Below are positions 18,695 through 27,867 of a stretch of DNA of 40,289 nucleotides, in pieces. Both the position numbers and the translations under genes were made by a program. The stretch covers positions 1-40,289 of the forward strand of contig RDOE01000023.1 of assembly GCA_011364975.1 (NCBI GenBank). Direction: 5' to 3'. This DNA comes from Promethearchaeota archaeon. Its GTDB lineage: Archaea > Asgardarchaeota > Lokiarchaeia > Sigyniarchaeales > SOKP01. Within the stretch, counting starts at the first letter, position 1; the number at the start of each line of letters is the position of its first letter. The notes under the pieces are model-generated. The model worked only from the letters and a program-made list of their open reading frames with translations. It had not been told where the DNA came from and ran no database searches.

Positions 18695-19933
18695 ATGCCA
18701 ACTTTTTTTGAACAAGAATTAATGCAACGTATTAGATACTTGCATTTCAAAATTAAAAAGATTGAGGAAGCTCTTGAAAAAGAAGAAGAGAATTTTACAT
18801 TAGACGATTTAAATTTGATATTAGAGTATACTAGAATTCTGAACCTAAACTACCAGAGCGCTAATCATGCTAAAATCCTAAATGAATTAGATATTACATC
18901 GAATTTCTTTGATCCATTAGAAAATAATAGAGAAATTGAAATTCAAGATTTGATGTTTGAATGTGCAAGAGCATTATGGGTTATGGCAAGAGCTTACAAT
19001 AAGATTTCCGAAAATTTCGAAGAAGAAGAGGATTGGGAAAATGCAGTTATTGCAATGGTTGAGAGTAGCAAAATGTTTAAAACAGCAGCATATTTTAGTG
19101 CTTCTGCAATATTTCAAAATGATATTGGAGTATCACTTTCATCTGAAAATCTTGAATTAAATTCCGAAGAAGCACGAGTCTTAGCTCAAAGTATCGCAGC
19201 GATAAGAGAAGAAACCTCAAATAATATATATTTCGCCTCAAAATTATACTCTGGATTAAGTTCTTTATCAAAAAGAATTTTTTATTTGAAAAAGCATGAA
19301 GAGAAGAGAAAGCAGCAACTAAGAGCGCAATTTCATTTTGATATGGGTAAAGCATGTCAACTAAAAGCAAGAGCATCATTTGAATCTTCAATTACAACTA
19401 TTAACCAAGAAAAAGTAAAAAGACTTCAAGAGAAAGCAAAATTTTACTTTATGAAAGCAGAAGAGATATGGGGAGATATGCTTAAAAACGTATCAGAGAT
19501 TCAATCTGAAGAAAAAAAAAACATTGAATTAAATCTTTCAATTGTAAGAGAGCTTGTAAAAGAACTCAAAGTTGATGTGCTAGACTATTTAGAGATTAAA
19601 AAAATACAAGATCCAGAACCAATAATTATTGTCCCAGAAAATCTTGCTCCTTTTGTACCTAAAAATACTATATACTTAACTAAATTTGTGCCAAAAGACT
19701 TAAATATCAAAAGGTTTAAAGCATTTCAAAGTAAAAAATTAGAACAAAAAATTCCATACAGCAAACGTGAAAAATTAATAGATAAGAAAGCCGGTATAGT
19801 AAGAACCATAAATGAGTTGAAGTTGTTAAAAGAAAACAAAGAAATTGATACCAACAAATTTGCTGAGTTAATGGAAAAATATTCTACAAAACTAAAAATG
19901 ATCGAAACTGCAATAGAAAAAATAGCTAAATAA
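18695..19933 (+). CDS. All-helical protein, putative BRO1-like domain
   Basis: LMFECARALWVMARAYNKIS, KMFKTAA, VLAQ, ASKL, ENLAPFVP occur in BRO1-like order. The CDS is secure; the family call is tentative. Confidence 0.5.
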   Translation: MPTFFEQELMQRIRYLHFKIKKIEEALEKEEENFTLDDLNLILEYTRILNLNYQSANHAKILNELDITSNFFDPLENNREIEIQDLMFECARALWVMARAYNKISENFEEEEDWENAVIAMVESSKMFKTAAYFSASAIFQNDIGVSLSSENLELNSEEARVLAQSIAAIREETSNNIYFASKLYSGLSSLSKRIFYLKKHEEKRKQQLRAQFHFDMGKACQLKARASFESSITTINQEKVKRLQEKAKFYFMKAEEIWGDMLKNVSEIQSEEKKNIELNLSIVRELVKELKVDVLDYLEIKKIQDPEPIIIVPENLAPFVPKNTIYLTKFVPKDLNIKRFKAFQSKKLEQKIPYSKREKLIDKKAGIVRTINELKLLKENKEIDTNKFAELMEKYSTKLKMIETAIEKIAK

Positions 19934-19984
19934 CACTAAACTATATTCACCAATATTAGAAGCTATTACTAATTATTATTTGTC

Positions 19985-20461
19985 TTAAACGCGATTTAAA
20001 TAGAGTTGTCGATTTCTTTTTATTTCAAAATTCCTTTTATCGGATTCAAGAAAAACCAAATCATATGTTTCTTTAAATATAAGCCCAATTAATAAAGTTT
20101 CAATTATTATAATCAAACTTAGCATTAATAATTGAAGATTATGCAAATGCAAAGAAAACATAGAAATTAGGAAAAATAAGTGTGGTAAAAATAGTAAAGC
20201 ACTAATTCCTAACCTTATCCCAAATTTGAAGATATGAGTAATGGTTGATTTAAATGTTTTTTTTAGATTCATTATTTCGAAAAAGTAATAGAGACAAAAT
20301 GCCATATCTATTGATGCAACGATAAGAATTAAATCTCTTTCCAATGGTTCTAATGCGATAAACGGCTTAAGAATTATTGAGACAATCATAAATGTCAAGG
20401 AGAGAATTAATAATACTAACGAGCATGATAGTAAACCATCATGGAAATCTTTGAAATCCAT
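19985..20461 (-). CDS. Four-TM membrane protein
   Basis: Four hydrophobic segments and a charged C-terminal tail. Confidence 0.75.
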   Translation of the reverse strand: MDFKDFHDGLLSCSLVLLILSLTFMIVSIILKPFIALEPLERDLILIVASIDMAFCLYYFFEIMNLKKTFKSTITHIFKFGIRLGISALLFLPHLFFLISMFSLHLHNLQLLMLSLIIIIETLLIGLIFKETYDLVFLESDKRNFEIKRNRQLYLNRV

Positions 20462-20490
20462 TTTAAACTATATAATAAGAGTCATATCAA

Positions 20491-20691
20491 TTAATTTCTA
20501 TAGATTTGAAATTTAACTTTTATACCAAGATCATCAAGAAGAATTTCTTTCATAAAAAAATTTGTACCAACAGTCATCATTGTATCCTTTTCAAATCTTC
20601 CATCTACATACCTATAAAGAATAGTTGTTTTTCCAACAGCACCATCTCCAACAATGCATATCTTATACATCATTTGTGCGTAGTCTGTCAT
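20491..20691 (-). pseudogene. Truncated Rab-like small GTPase (G1 and G2 only)
   Basis: YKICIVGDGAVGKTT...TVGTNF...KFQI then YRN-stop where WDxxGQ is expected; no room for the remainder before the next gene. Confidence 0.8.
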
Positions 20692-20933
20692 GATTAATAG
20701 TCCCCTAAATTAAGAATTAAATTATTAGCTGGTAAGAGATAAGCTATTATCAGATTAATCATATAATCTTTTATTTTATATTTAAAATTTAGGGAATTTT
20801 TTTATAAATTAGAGACTTGCGGAGAAAATTCAGTTTCTAATTTATTTCATTAAATTTTTAAGGATTGAACCCATTTATTATTTAAATAATAAATTATGAA
20901 TAATCATCCACAAAAAAATTAAAGAGTTTATGA

Positions 20934-21362
20934 ATGATGGTAATTGTAGCAATTCCTAGTTTTGGGACTGGGGGGTTGAATGAAATTTTTGCTGAAAGGT
21001 TTGGGCGCTGTGACAGCTTTGCGTTTGTAACCATAGATAACAATGAAATAACTGAAGTTAGAATAATAGAAAATCCAGCAAAGGATGAGATGGGAGGAGC
21101 TGGAATTAAAGCAGCACAATTTGTGGGAAATAACAAAGCTAAGGATGTTATTGTTGGAATCGTTGGACCAAATGCTGCTCAATCGTTAAACGCGTTAAAA
21201 ATTAATATGTTGAAAGCTCCAGAACGTCAAATAACAGTAAAGGAAGCATTAGATCTTTATATTGAAGGAAATCTTTCAAAAATTTCATCTAGTAATTTGA
21301 TGAATAGAGCAGGAGCAGGGGGAAGTCAAGGTTTAGGAAGACGTAGAAGAGGAGGATTTTAA
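20934..21362 (+). CDS. NifB/NifX-family (COG1433) cofactor-binding protein
   Basis: VAIPS, RFGRCDSF, GGAGIKAAQF, GPNA; Gly/Arg-rich tail. Confidence 0.92.
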   Translation: MMVIVAIPSFGTGGLNEIFAERFGRCDSFAFVTIDNNEITEVRIIENPAKDEMGGAGIKAAQFVGNNKAKDVIVGIVGPNAAQSLNALKINMLKAPERQITVKEALDLYIEGNLSKISSSNLMNRAGAGGSQGLGRRRRGGF

Positions 21363-21401
21363 TCTCTAATTTTATTTTTTGAAAAGTTAAATATTAAGAT
21401 T

Positions 21402-22316
21402 ATGGTTAAAAAGCCTTTATCAATTTGTATTACTGGAGGAAAAGGAGGGACTGGAAAAACCCTTGTCGCTGTAAATTTAGCAATAATGTTAAAAAATAAA
21501 GGATATCGCGTTCTGCTTGTAGATGGGGACGTAGAAAATCCTAATACATTTCTTCTTCTAAAAGGAAAATTAAAAGAATACGTTGAAGTTCCGTATTTTA
21601 TACCAAGAATAAATGAGATAAAATGCTCAAAATGTGGAGTATGTGCTGAAAATTGTGCTTCAAATGCATTATTGCACATTAAAGATTCAATTCCAATTCC
21701 AATGATTAATCTTTGCTCCGGATGCAAACTATGCTTTAAAATTTGCCCTGAAAATGCAATAGAAGAAGGTTCAAAAATTTTGGGTAAAATTTATTCATTA
21801 TCATCTAATGGTATGAAACTTTTTGTTGGAGAGCTAACAACAGCAGAAGCACGTTCTGCGGCGTTAGTTAAAGGATTATTAAATGAGACCAATAAACATA
21901 TAAAATCAATAGAACAAGCTTATGATTATATTATTTTAGATACTGCCCCCGGAGCCCATTGCGATGTTGAGGAATTAATTAGTAATTCTGATTTAGCAAT
22001 TCCGGTTACTGAACCCACCAGATTTGGGGAGCTTGACCTTTTTAGAATCATTAAACTTATTATTCTTTTGAAGAAGGAATATAAAGTTATAATAAATCGT
22101 TCTAGTTTGCCAGGATACAAAGAGAAATTCTATCAAGAGCTCAATAATGAGCAAATTGAAATTTTAGGGGAGATTCCACTAGACGAGGGAATATTGGAAT
22201 CATATTGTAATCAATCACCATTTATGGAAAATAATGAATATGGAAATAATCCTGCTTTTAAAGCATTCAAAGAAATATATTCTAACATTATGGATTGGAT
22301 TGGTGATAAAATATAA
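21402..22316 (+). CDS. MinD-superfamily P-loop ATPase with inserted ferredoxin domain (COG1149), copy 1
   Basis: GGKGGTGKT, DGDVENPN, CSKCGVCAENC and CSGCKLCFKICP, DTAPG, VTEPT. Confidence 0.93.
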   Translation: MVKKPLSICITGGKGGTGKTLVAVNLAIMLKNKGYRVLLVDGDVENPNTFLLLKGKLKEYVEVPYFIPRINEIKCSKCGVCAENCASNALLHIKDSIPIPMINLCSGCKLCFKICPENAIEEGSKILGKIYSLSSNGMKLFVGELTTAEARSAALVKGLLNETNKHIKSIEQAYDYIILDTAPGAHCDVEELISNSDLAIPVTEPTRFGELDLFRIIKLIILLKKEYKVIINRSSLPGYKEKFYQELNNEQIEILGEIPLDEGILESYCNQSPFMENNEYGNNPAFKAFKEIYSNIMDWIGDKI

Positions 22317-23236
22317 GCCCAATAAGTATAGGAATTCTTTCTGGAAAAGGAGGAGTAGGAAAGACTTCCTTAGCAGCATCTTTAACAGTTTTGGCTCATT
22401 TAGATCCCACAGTTAGCTCTATTACCCTAGATTGTGATGTGGACGCCCCGAATTTAGCTCTAATATTGCCTCCAATTAATGATGATAATACGCAGATAAA
22501 AGAGGTTTTCACCTCAAAAAAAGCTGACTTTTTACCAGATAAATGTATTACTTGTAAAAAGTGTGTTGATGAGCACTTTTGCGAGTTTGGTGCATTAAGT
22601 TGGGATTTTACCAAAGAAACTCCTATAATAGATTATTTAGCATGTGAAGGTTGTGGAGCTTGTAGAATTTTATGTCCTGAACAAGCGTTTAATATTAAAA
22701 ATGTCAAAAGTGGAGAAATAAAAGCTTATAAAACAATTCAAGAAAGTTATTTAGTGTATGGCACGACAGTTCTTGGAAGCACTACTTCGGGAAAACTTGT
22801 CACAGAAGTAAAAAACTTTGTTGAATATCCAAAAGATTACAAAATGTTAGATTTAATAATAGTAGATGGCCCTCCTGGAATTGGTTGTCCAGTGATAGCA
22901 ACAATCTCTGGCTTAGATTATGTCTTATTAATAACAGAACCTACACCATCAGGATTGCATGATTTAAAGAGAGTTATTGAAGTTATCAAGCAATTTAATA
23001 TCCCATTTGGAATCGTAATTAATAAAGCTAATATAAAGAGCTTATTTAAGAAAAAAATTATGAAATTTATTAAAATAAATAAGTACAATCTATTAGGATT
23101 AATTGATTTTGATTTAATTATCCCTGAAGCAATGGCAGCAGCCATGCCTATTGTAGAATTTGCTCCTCGATCAGAAGTAACGAGGGAGATTAAAGATATT
23201 TATAATAATCTTAAATCTACTATTAAATTAAACTAA
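22313..23236 (+). CDS. MinD-superfamily P-loop ATPase with inserted ferredoxin domain (COG1149), copy 2
   Basis: Walker A SGKGGVGKTS lies in frame upstream of the tracked TTG 22391, so an ATA start at 22313 is proposed; DCDVDAPNL, two Cys clusters, DGPPGIGCPV, TEPTPSGLHDL. Confidence 0.92.
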   Translation: MSPISIGILSGKGGVGKTSLAASLTVLAHLDPTVSSITLDCDVDAPNLALILPPINDDNTQIKEVFTSKKADFLPDKCITCKKCVDEHFCEFGALSWDFTKETPIIDYLACEGCGACRILCPEQAFNIKNVKSGEIKAYKTIQESYLVYGTTVLGSTTSGKLVTEVKNFVEYPKDYKMLDLIIVDGPPGIGCPVIATISGLDYVLLITEPTPSGLHDLKRVIEVIKQFNIPFGIVINKANIKSLFKKKIMKFIKINKYNLLGLIDFDLIIPEAMAAAMPIVEFAPRSEVTREIKDIYNNLKSTIKLN

Positions 23237-23257
23237 AAAAAAATAAATAAGGGTTTC

Positions 23258-24658
23258 TTAAAACCCAAGCTCTTTTAATTTTATTTTATTTTCCATATAT
23301 TTTTCAGGTGTGATAGGATAATATTTCCAGTATAAGAATGTACAAATTGCCAAGATAATAGCGGGGATTACACTCATGTGTAATCGGACGCCTATTTTTG
23401 CAAGTTCCGTTTGAACGGTTTGACCCTCAACAAAACCAGTAAGAACATGTACAAACGCAAAAGCACCTATTTGAACCCCACGTGATAATCTCGAAAAAAA
23501 CGCTGAAACACCTACAGTTGCTCCTCTAATATCAGATTTAGTTAAAACCACTCTCTCATCTAAAACATCGGCAAAATAAATTGTCATCAAGGCCCAGAAG
23601 TTACCCATTGTTAATCCTAAAATAGTGATATAGATTAATGAATCTATTAGCCCAACATAAAAAGTGCTAAGTAAGGTGCCTAATGTTAATGTTATACCAC
23701 CAATCACTGCTGATTTTTTGTTGTTTTTTATTTTCTTTATAAGGAAGATCCAAATAATTGAACCAATAATCGCCCCTTGAAGAAAAAAAGCAAATAGCAA
23801 TATGGTATTAAATTCAGCATCAGGACCACCTATAACAATTTCAACGGCATATGGAATAGATGCAGTTAAGGAACCTGTCACAACTTGAAATCCAAAGAAC
23901 AGAATTATATAAAACTGAAAACTCTTTTGCGTTAAAGTAGATTTGAGTGCGTGAATAAAACTCTCACCCTTGACTTCACTTACGTAATATCTATCTTTAA
24001 GTTCTTTGTTTTCGTACATTCCGGGAATGAATAACAGACCAACTGTAATTAATATCCCTACTACTAGCCATGCCATGGGAATGTATGTAGAGGCTACATT
24101 TAATGTAATTATTAATGGTGGAATAATACTCGCGAATGGAAGTGCTATTATTGATAGAGGTGTACCCCAACCTTGTGCCTTTCTTCTTGCTCCATCAGTA
24201 CGAAATTTATCTGGAAATAAAGAATTTACATTGACAAAACATAGAGAACTTAACGTATCAAATAAACAAGTTGTTAGTATAATCCAACCAAATAATGGCA
24301 AAGGTTCGGTAGCAGGATTTACCGGAGGTGGCATAAATAAAAGAATAAATATGAAACTAGCGGGTATGATTCCCATAACAATCCATGGAAATCTCTTACC
24401 AATTTTTCTTGTGAACTTAAACCGACGATCTGTTAGATAACCGATTAAGGGATCATTTACGGCATCCCATAGGGTAAAAATTATCATCGCTGATGCTATA
24501 TAAATTGCATTTAATCCTACGGCGACTTCATAGAAGAAAAAAACATAAGAACCAAATACTGACCATGCAAACATGCTCCAAAATCCTGAGGAGGAATAGG
24601 AAAGTATATTAAGAATTGAAGGCTCTTTATAGGTTTCTACACTAGTATTTTCGTTCAT
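23258..24658 (-). CDS. MFS transporter, GPH/MelB family
   Basis: WDAVNDPLIGYLTDR, GKRFPW, ADVLDE; about 12 TM segments. Confidence 0.93.
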   Translation of the reverse strand: MNENTSVETYKEPSILNILSYSSSGFWSMFAWSVFGSYVFFFYEVAVGLNAIYIASAMIIFTLWDAVNDPLIGYLTDRRFKFTRKIGKRFPWIVMGIIPASFIFILLFMPPPVNPATEPLPLFGWIILTTCLFDTLSSLCFVNVNSLFPDKFRTDGARRKAQGWGTPLSIIALPFASIIPPLIITLNVASTYIPMAWLVVGILITVGLLFIPGMYENKELKDRYYVSEVKGESFIHALKSTLTQKSFQFYIILFFGFQVVTGSLTASIPYAVEIVIGGPDAEFNTILLFAFFLQGAIIGSIIWIFLIKKIKNNKKSAVIGGITLTLGTLLSTFYVGLIDSLIYITILGLTMGNFWALMTIYFADVLDERVVLTKSDIRGATVGVSAFFSRLSRGVQIGAFAFVHVLTGFVEGQTVQTELAKIGVRLHMSVIPAIILAICTFLYWKYYPITPEKYMENKIKLKELGF

Positions 24659-24787
24659 TTAACATCTTCTCGATTTTTTAGAAATAGATTTAATGTGACT
24701 ACTTTGCTAATCTTTTATTTAAAGATCTCTAATTATCAGATATTCGATGAACGAAAAACCAGTAGTTTTGATTATATGGAAAGGTTA

Positions 24788-25651
24788 TTAATATATTTTA
24801 GGTTTCTCGGGAGGATTACCTAACAATTCTGAGATTGATTGTTGAAAATTATCGAAATGCCCGGGTAACGTTTTTAGCACATAAAATGCTTCTGCTGTGG
24901 TTAAATTCATGCTCTTTCCAATTACCTCGGCTAAAGAACGATATAATGTATTAGCATGTTTAGTCAATTTTTTTAACTCTTTTTCTGATACATTAGAAGG
25001 ATCTATTTTAGGAGCAAATAAATTTGCTAATAATTCAAGAGTCGCTTCAAATTTCAAAGCAGCGGTAATTTTTCTATCTAAAGTTGAGGAGATATCTATA
25101 AAATAGTTTGGCTTATGTCCTAGTAATCCCATAAACCACACTTCAGAGCAGTTATAAGGTTCAATATTTTCTTTACTTTGATGAGAATATAACAAAGGAA
25201 ATGCTGCAAATGCTGCGGCCTCAGCAGCCATTCTGCCCACAATTAGATGATCAGGATGTACTTCATAGGAAACCCAGGGATCAAATGTAACTACACGATC
25301 AGCTTTGTATTTGCGAACATAATAAACTAATTTCTCTCTAAGTTCAGATCCGTTTATAAAACCTGCATCAGGATATCCCAAAATTAAGGTTTCCTTCACA
25401 CCAATAATTTCATTGGCAGTTCTTAATTCCTTTTCTCTAATCGCAGCTACTTGTTCCTTTGTTAAATCTCTTCTTAATGTTCCTACCTCACCGTTAGTGA
25501 CACACAACGCATATACATTATGACCTTCATTTGCCCATCTTGCCAAAGTTCCCGCACAAAATATTGAGAGATCATCGGGATGAGCAAAAATTGCCAAGAT
25601 ATTCATAATTTTTATATCCATCTTATTCACTTCACTATTTATTACCATCAA
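24788..25651 (-). CDS. PIG-L/LmbE family N-deacetylase
   Basis: AHPDD, TNGEVG, R.KE...A, HPDH. True start may be the downstream ATG (MDIKIM). Confidence 0.92.
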   Translation of the reverse strand: MMVINSEVNKMDIKIMNILAIFAHPDDLSIFCAGTLARWANEGHNVYALCVTNGEVGTLRRDLTKEQVAAIREKELRTANEIIGVKETLILGYPDAGFINGSELREKLVYYVRKYKADRVVTFDPWVSYEVHPDHLIVGRMAAEAAAFAAFPLLYSHQSKENIEPYNCSEVWFMGLLGHKPNYFIDISSTLDRKITAALKFEATLELLANLFAPKIDPSNVSEKELKKLTKHANTLYRSLAEVIGKSMNLTTAEAFYVLKTLPGHFDNFQQSISELLGNPPEKPKIY

Positions 25652-25678
25652 TAAAATAAATTAAATCTCAAAAAAAAA

Positions 25679-27106
25679 TTATTGTAATAACTGTTTTTTT
25701 GCAGTATTAAGTACAGTCTCTAAATCCTGAGTTAAATCAGGTGTAATTGGAGGAGATACTATTTTAGTTAATAATTCTTCTTTTCTCTTTTTTATATATT
25801 TCCTCATACTAGAACTTCCTTTGCTTTTCCAATTCTCAAAATTATTACGATCTAACAGTGTTGGAATCCATAGGTCTCTTTTGAAATGTTGGAGTGTGTG
25901 CCGATTGCTAATAAATGAGCCTTTTGGACCGACCTTTTCAATAATATCCACTGCAAAATCTGAATTTTCAAATTTAATTGGATTTTGTAATCTTTCCAGA
26001 TATGAAATAATTTCAGATTGCAAAATAAGCATATCTAAGGATGCAGCTTGATCTGCCCCAGCTATTCCCATATGACCAAAAATGTCTGCTCCCGAAGCAA
26101 TACCAAACGCTAAGGTTGTTCCACATTCCAAACCTGCTTGAGCATCGGGAATCTTAGAATCTGTTAGACCAGTGTTAATATATACAGGTAATCCATAATA
26201 TTTTCCCATTTCACTCATTGCCAAACTAAAAATGATTTGTTCTGGGCCTCCAAAAATAATTTGCATGGAGCGCATATCAAATGCATGACAGATTCCACCA
26301 TAGCATATGGGAGTTCCCTTTTTAATTAATTGAACCAGACATATTCCTGCGAGTATTTCAGCATTCTCTTGAGCTATAGTTCCAGCAATAGTGGCAGGAG
26401 CAGTTATTCCCATTTGAGCCATGGGTCCAATCTGAACTGGTGTATTTAGTTTTGAAGTTTCAAATAATAAGTCCATACCATTAAACGGAAACGTCAAAGG
26501 ACTTACCGGTTCGAGTAAGGGATAACATAAAGGATACCTTATGGCAGACTTTTCATCCCCTCTCAATGTAATTATCAAATCCATCAAATATTTTGTTGAG
26601 GCTTTATCATAAAACCAGAATGTAATAGGTTTTAAAGTATTTTTAATCATTTCATAGGCAATATTAATACTCCTTACTTTTACGGGAAGTTCATGGGGAT
26701 CAGCCATGGCTCCAGGAATTGTAATTTGATCTAAATTCTCCGCAAAACGAGTAGCAGTAATCACATTTTCAAGCGTGGCATATCTTCTCTCTTCTCCCTC
26801 ATTCTCAATCCATAATGCTTGACCGCCCGAAGTGTTATAATTCCGTTTTCCTTTTCCAAATTCTGCTTTTTTATTTAAATCACGCCCATATATAGTAAAT
26901 TCTTTACTCGTATATGATAAGAGTTCCATGATTAAATCGGAGGGTATTTTTACTAATTGAATTTTATCATCAACAATAGCGCCGTGATCTTTACATAGTT
27001 GACGTACTTTTGGATGAGGGATAATCACTCCTATTCTATTTAAGATTTCAAGAGATTTTTCATGTATGAGGATGATTTCATCTTTAGATAAGAGGTTAAG
27101 TTTCAT
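25679..27106 (-). CDS. MttB-superfamily corrinoid-dependent methyltransferase, non-pyrrolysine
   Basis: IHEKSLEIL..IGV, VSPL, G.TAPATIAG...NAEILAG, FDMRS, TDSKIPDAQAGLE, VGPKGSF..HT. Confidence 0.92.
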   Translation of the reverse strand: MKLNLLSKDEIILIHEKSLEILNRIGVIIPHPKVRQLCKDHGAIVDDKIQLVKIPSDLIMELLSYTSKEFTIYGRDLNKKAEFGKGKRNYNTSGGQALWIENEGEERRYATLENVITATRFAENLDQITIPGAMADPHELPVKVRSINIAYEMIKNTLKPITFWFYDKASTKYLMDLIITLRGDEKSAIRYPLCYPLLEPVSPLTFPFNGMDLLFETSKLNTPVQIGPMAQMGITAPATIAGTIAQENAEILAGICLVQLIKKGTPICYGGICHAFDMRSMQIIFGGPEQIIFSLAMSEMGKYYGLPVYINTGLTDSKIPDAQAGLECGTTLAFGIASGADIFGHMGIAGADQAASLDMLILQSEIISYLERLQNPIKFENSDFAVDIIEKVGPKGSFISNRHTLQHFKRDLWIPTLLDRNNFENWKSKGSSSMRKYIKKRKEELLTKIVSPPITPDLTQDLETVLNTAKKQLLQ

Positions 27107-27368
27107 TTTAATTCAAATTTATAATTTTTAAAATAGATTAAACACTTTATTTGAATACTTTAACTAAGCCATAATCGATTAAAAAGATTTTATCTTCATT
27201 AAAACATTGTTTTATCTCCTAATTTCTATAACAAATTGTTAAAGGCTTATTGAGTAAATTATTTATAATCAATAATCTGAAAAAATTAAAACCTATATAA
27301 CCTTAAATAAATTGATTAAGTGTTTCCAAGATAATACAAGGTGATATTTAATTCCAGTTCAAAATTTT

Positions 27369-27836
27369 ATGGAATTATACAAATTTCTTCCGAAAACTAA
27401 TTGTAAAAAGTGCGGAAAACCTACCTGCATGGCATTTGCTTTAGATTTATTACAAGGCAAGGTGAAAGTAGATGAATGTACTCCACTACTAGAACCAAAG
27501 TATCAGACCCAATATAACACCCTTAAAGACATGCTTGGGAAGGAAGAGGGCAAACAAAAAGAATTACGAATTAACGTAGACACAGATTTATGTGATGGGT
27601 GCGGGATATGTGTTACAGTATGTCCTGTAAATGCCAGATACTGTCCTCCAAGTTTAAGTGGAAAAGCTCCCGACTATCCCCCTGAGGATCATCAATTATT
27701 TCAAGTAAAAAAGGGGAAATGTGAATTACTGAATCTAAAACATTGTAGACGACTTGATGCCGAAGGACGTGAAAGAGAATGCCGTGTTTGTGAAACTTAT
27801 TGTCCACGTGAGGCAATAAAAATAGAGTATGTATAG
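27369..27836 (+). CDS. Fe-S domain plus 2x[4Fe-4S] ferredoxin (FwdG-like)
   Basis: LPKTNCKKCGKPTCMAFA...C; CDGCGICVTVCP; C...CRVCETYCP; first gene of the fwd cluster. Possible ATT start at 27351 after GGTGA. Confidence 0.85.
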   Translation: MELYKFLPKTNCKKCGKPTCMAFALDLLQGKVKVDECTPLLEPKYQTQYNTLKDMLGKEEGKQKELRINVDTDLCDGCGICVTVCPVNARYCPPSLSGKAPDYPPEDHQLFQVKKGKCELLNLKHCRRLDAEGRERECRVCETYCPREAIKIEYV

Positions 27837-27867
27837 AATAGAATATTTTATTTTCTAGGTAATTAAT

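Noticed and set aside
20934-21362. Nitrogen fixation inferred from the NifB/NifX-like gene
   Set aside because: COG1433 with paired COG1149 ATPases is a common cluster in non-diazotrophic anaerobes; no nifHDK is present.
26160-26172. Pyrrolysine codon in the MttB homologue
   Set aside because: The coding-strand codon is CTA (Leu); the TAG is on the opposite strand and the ORF is uninterrupted.
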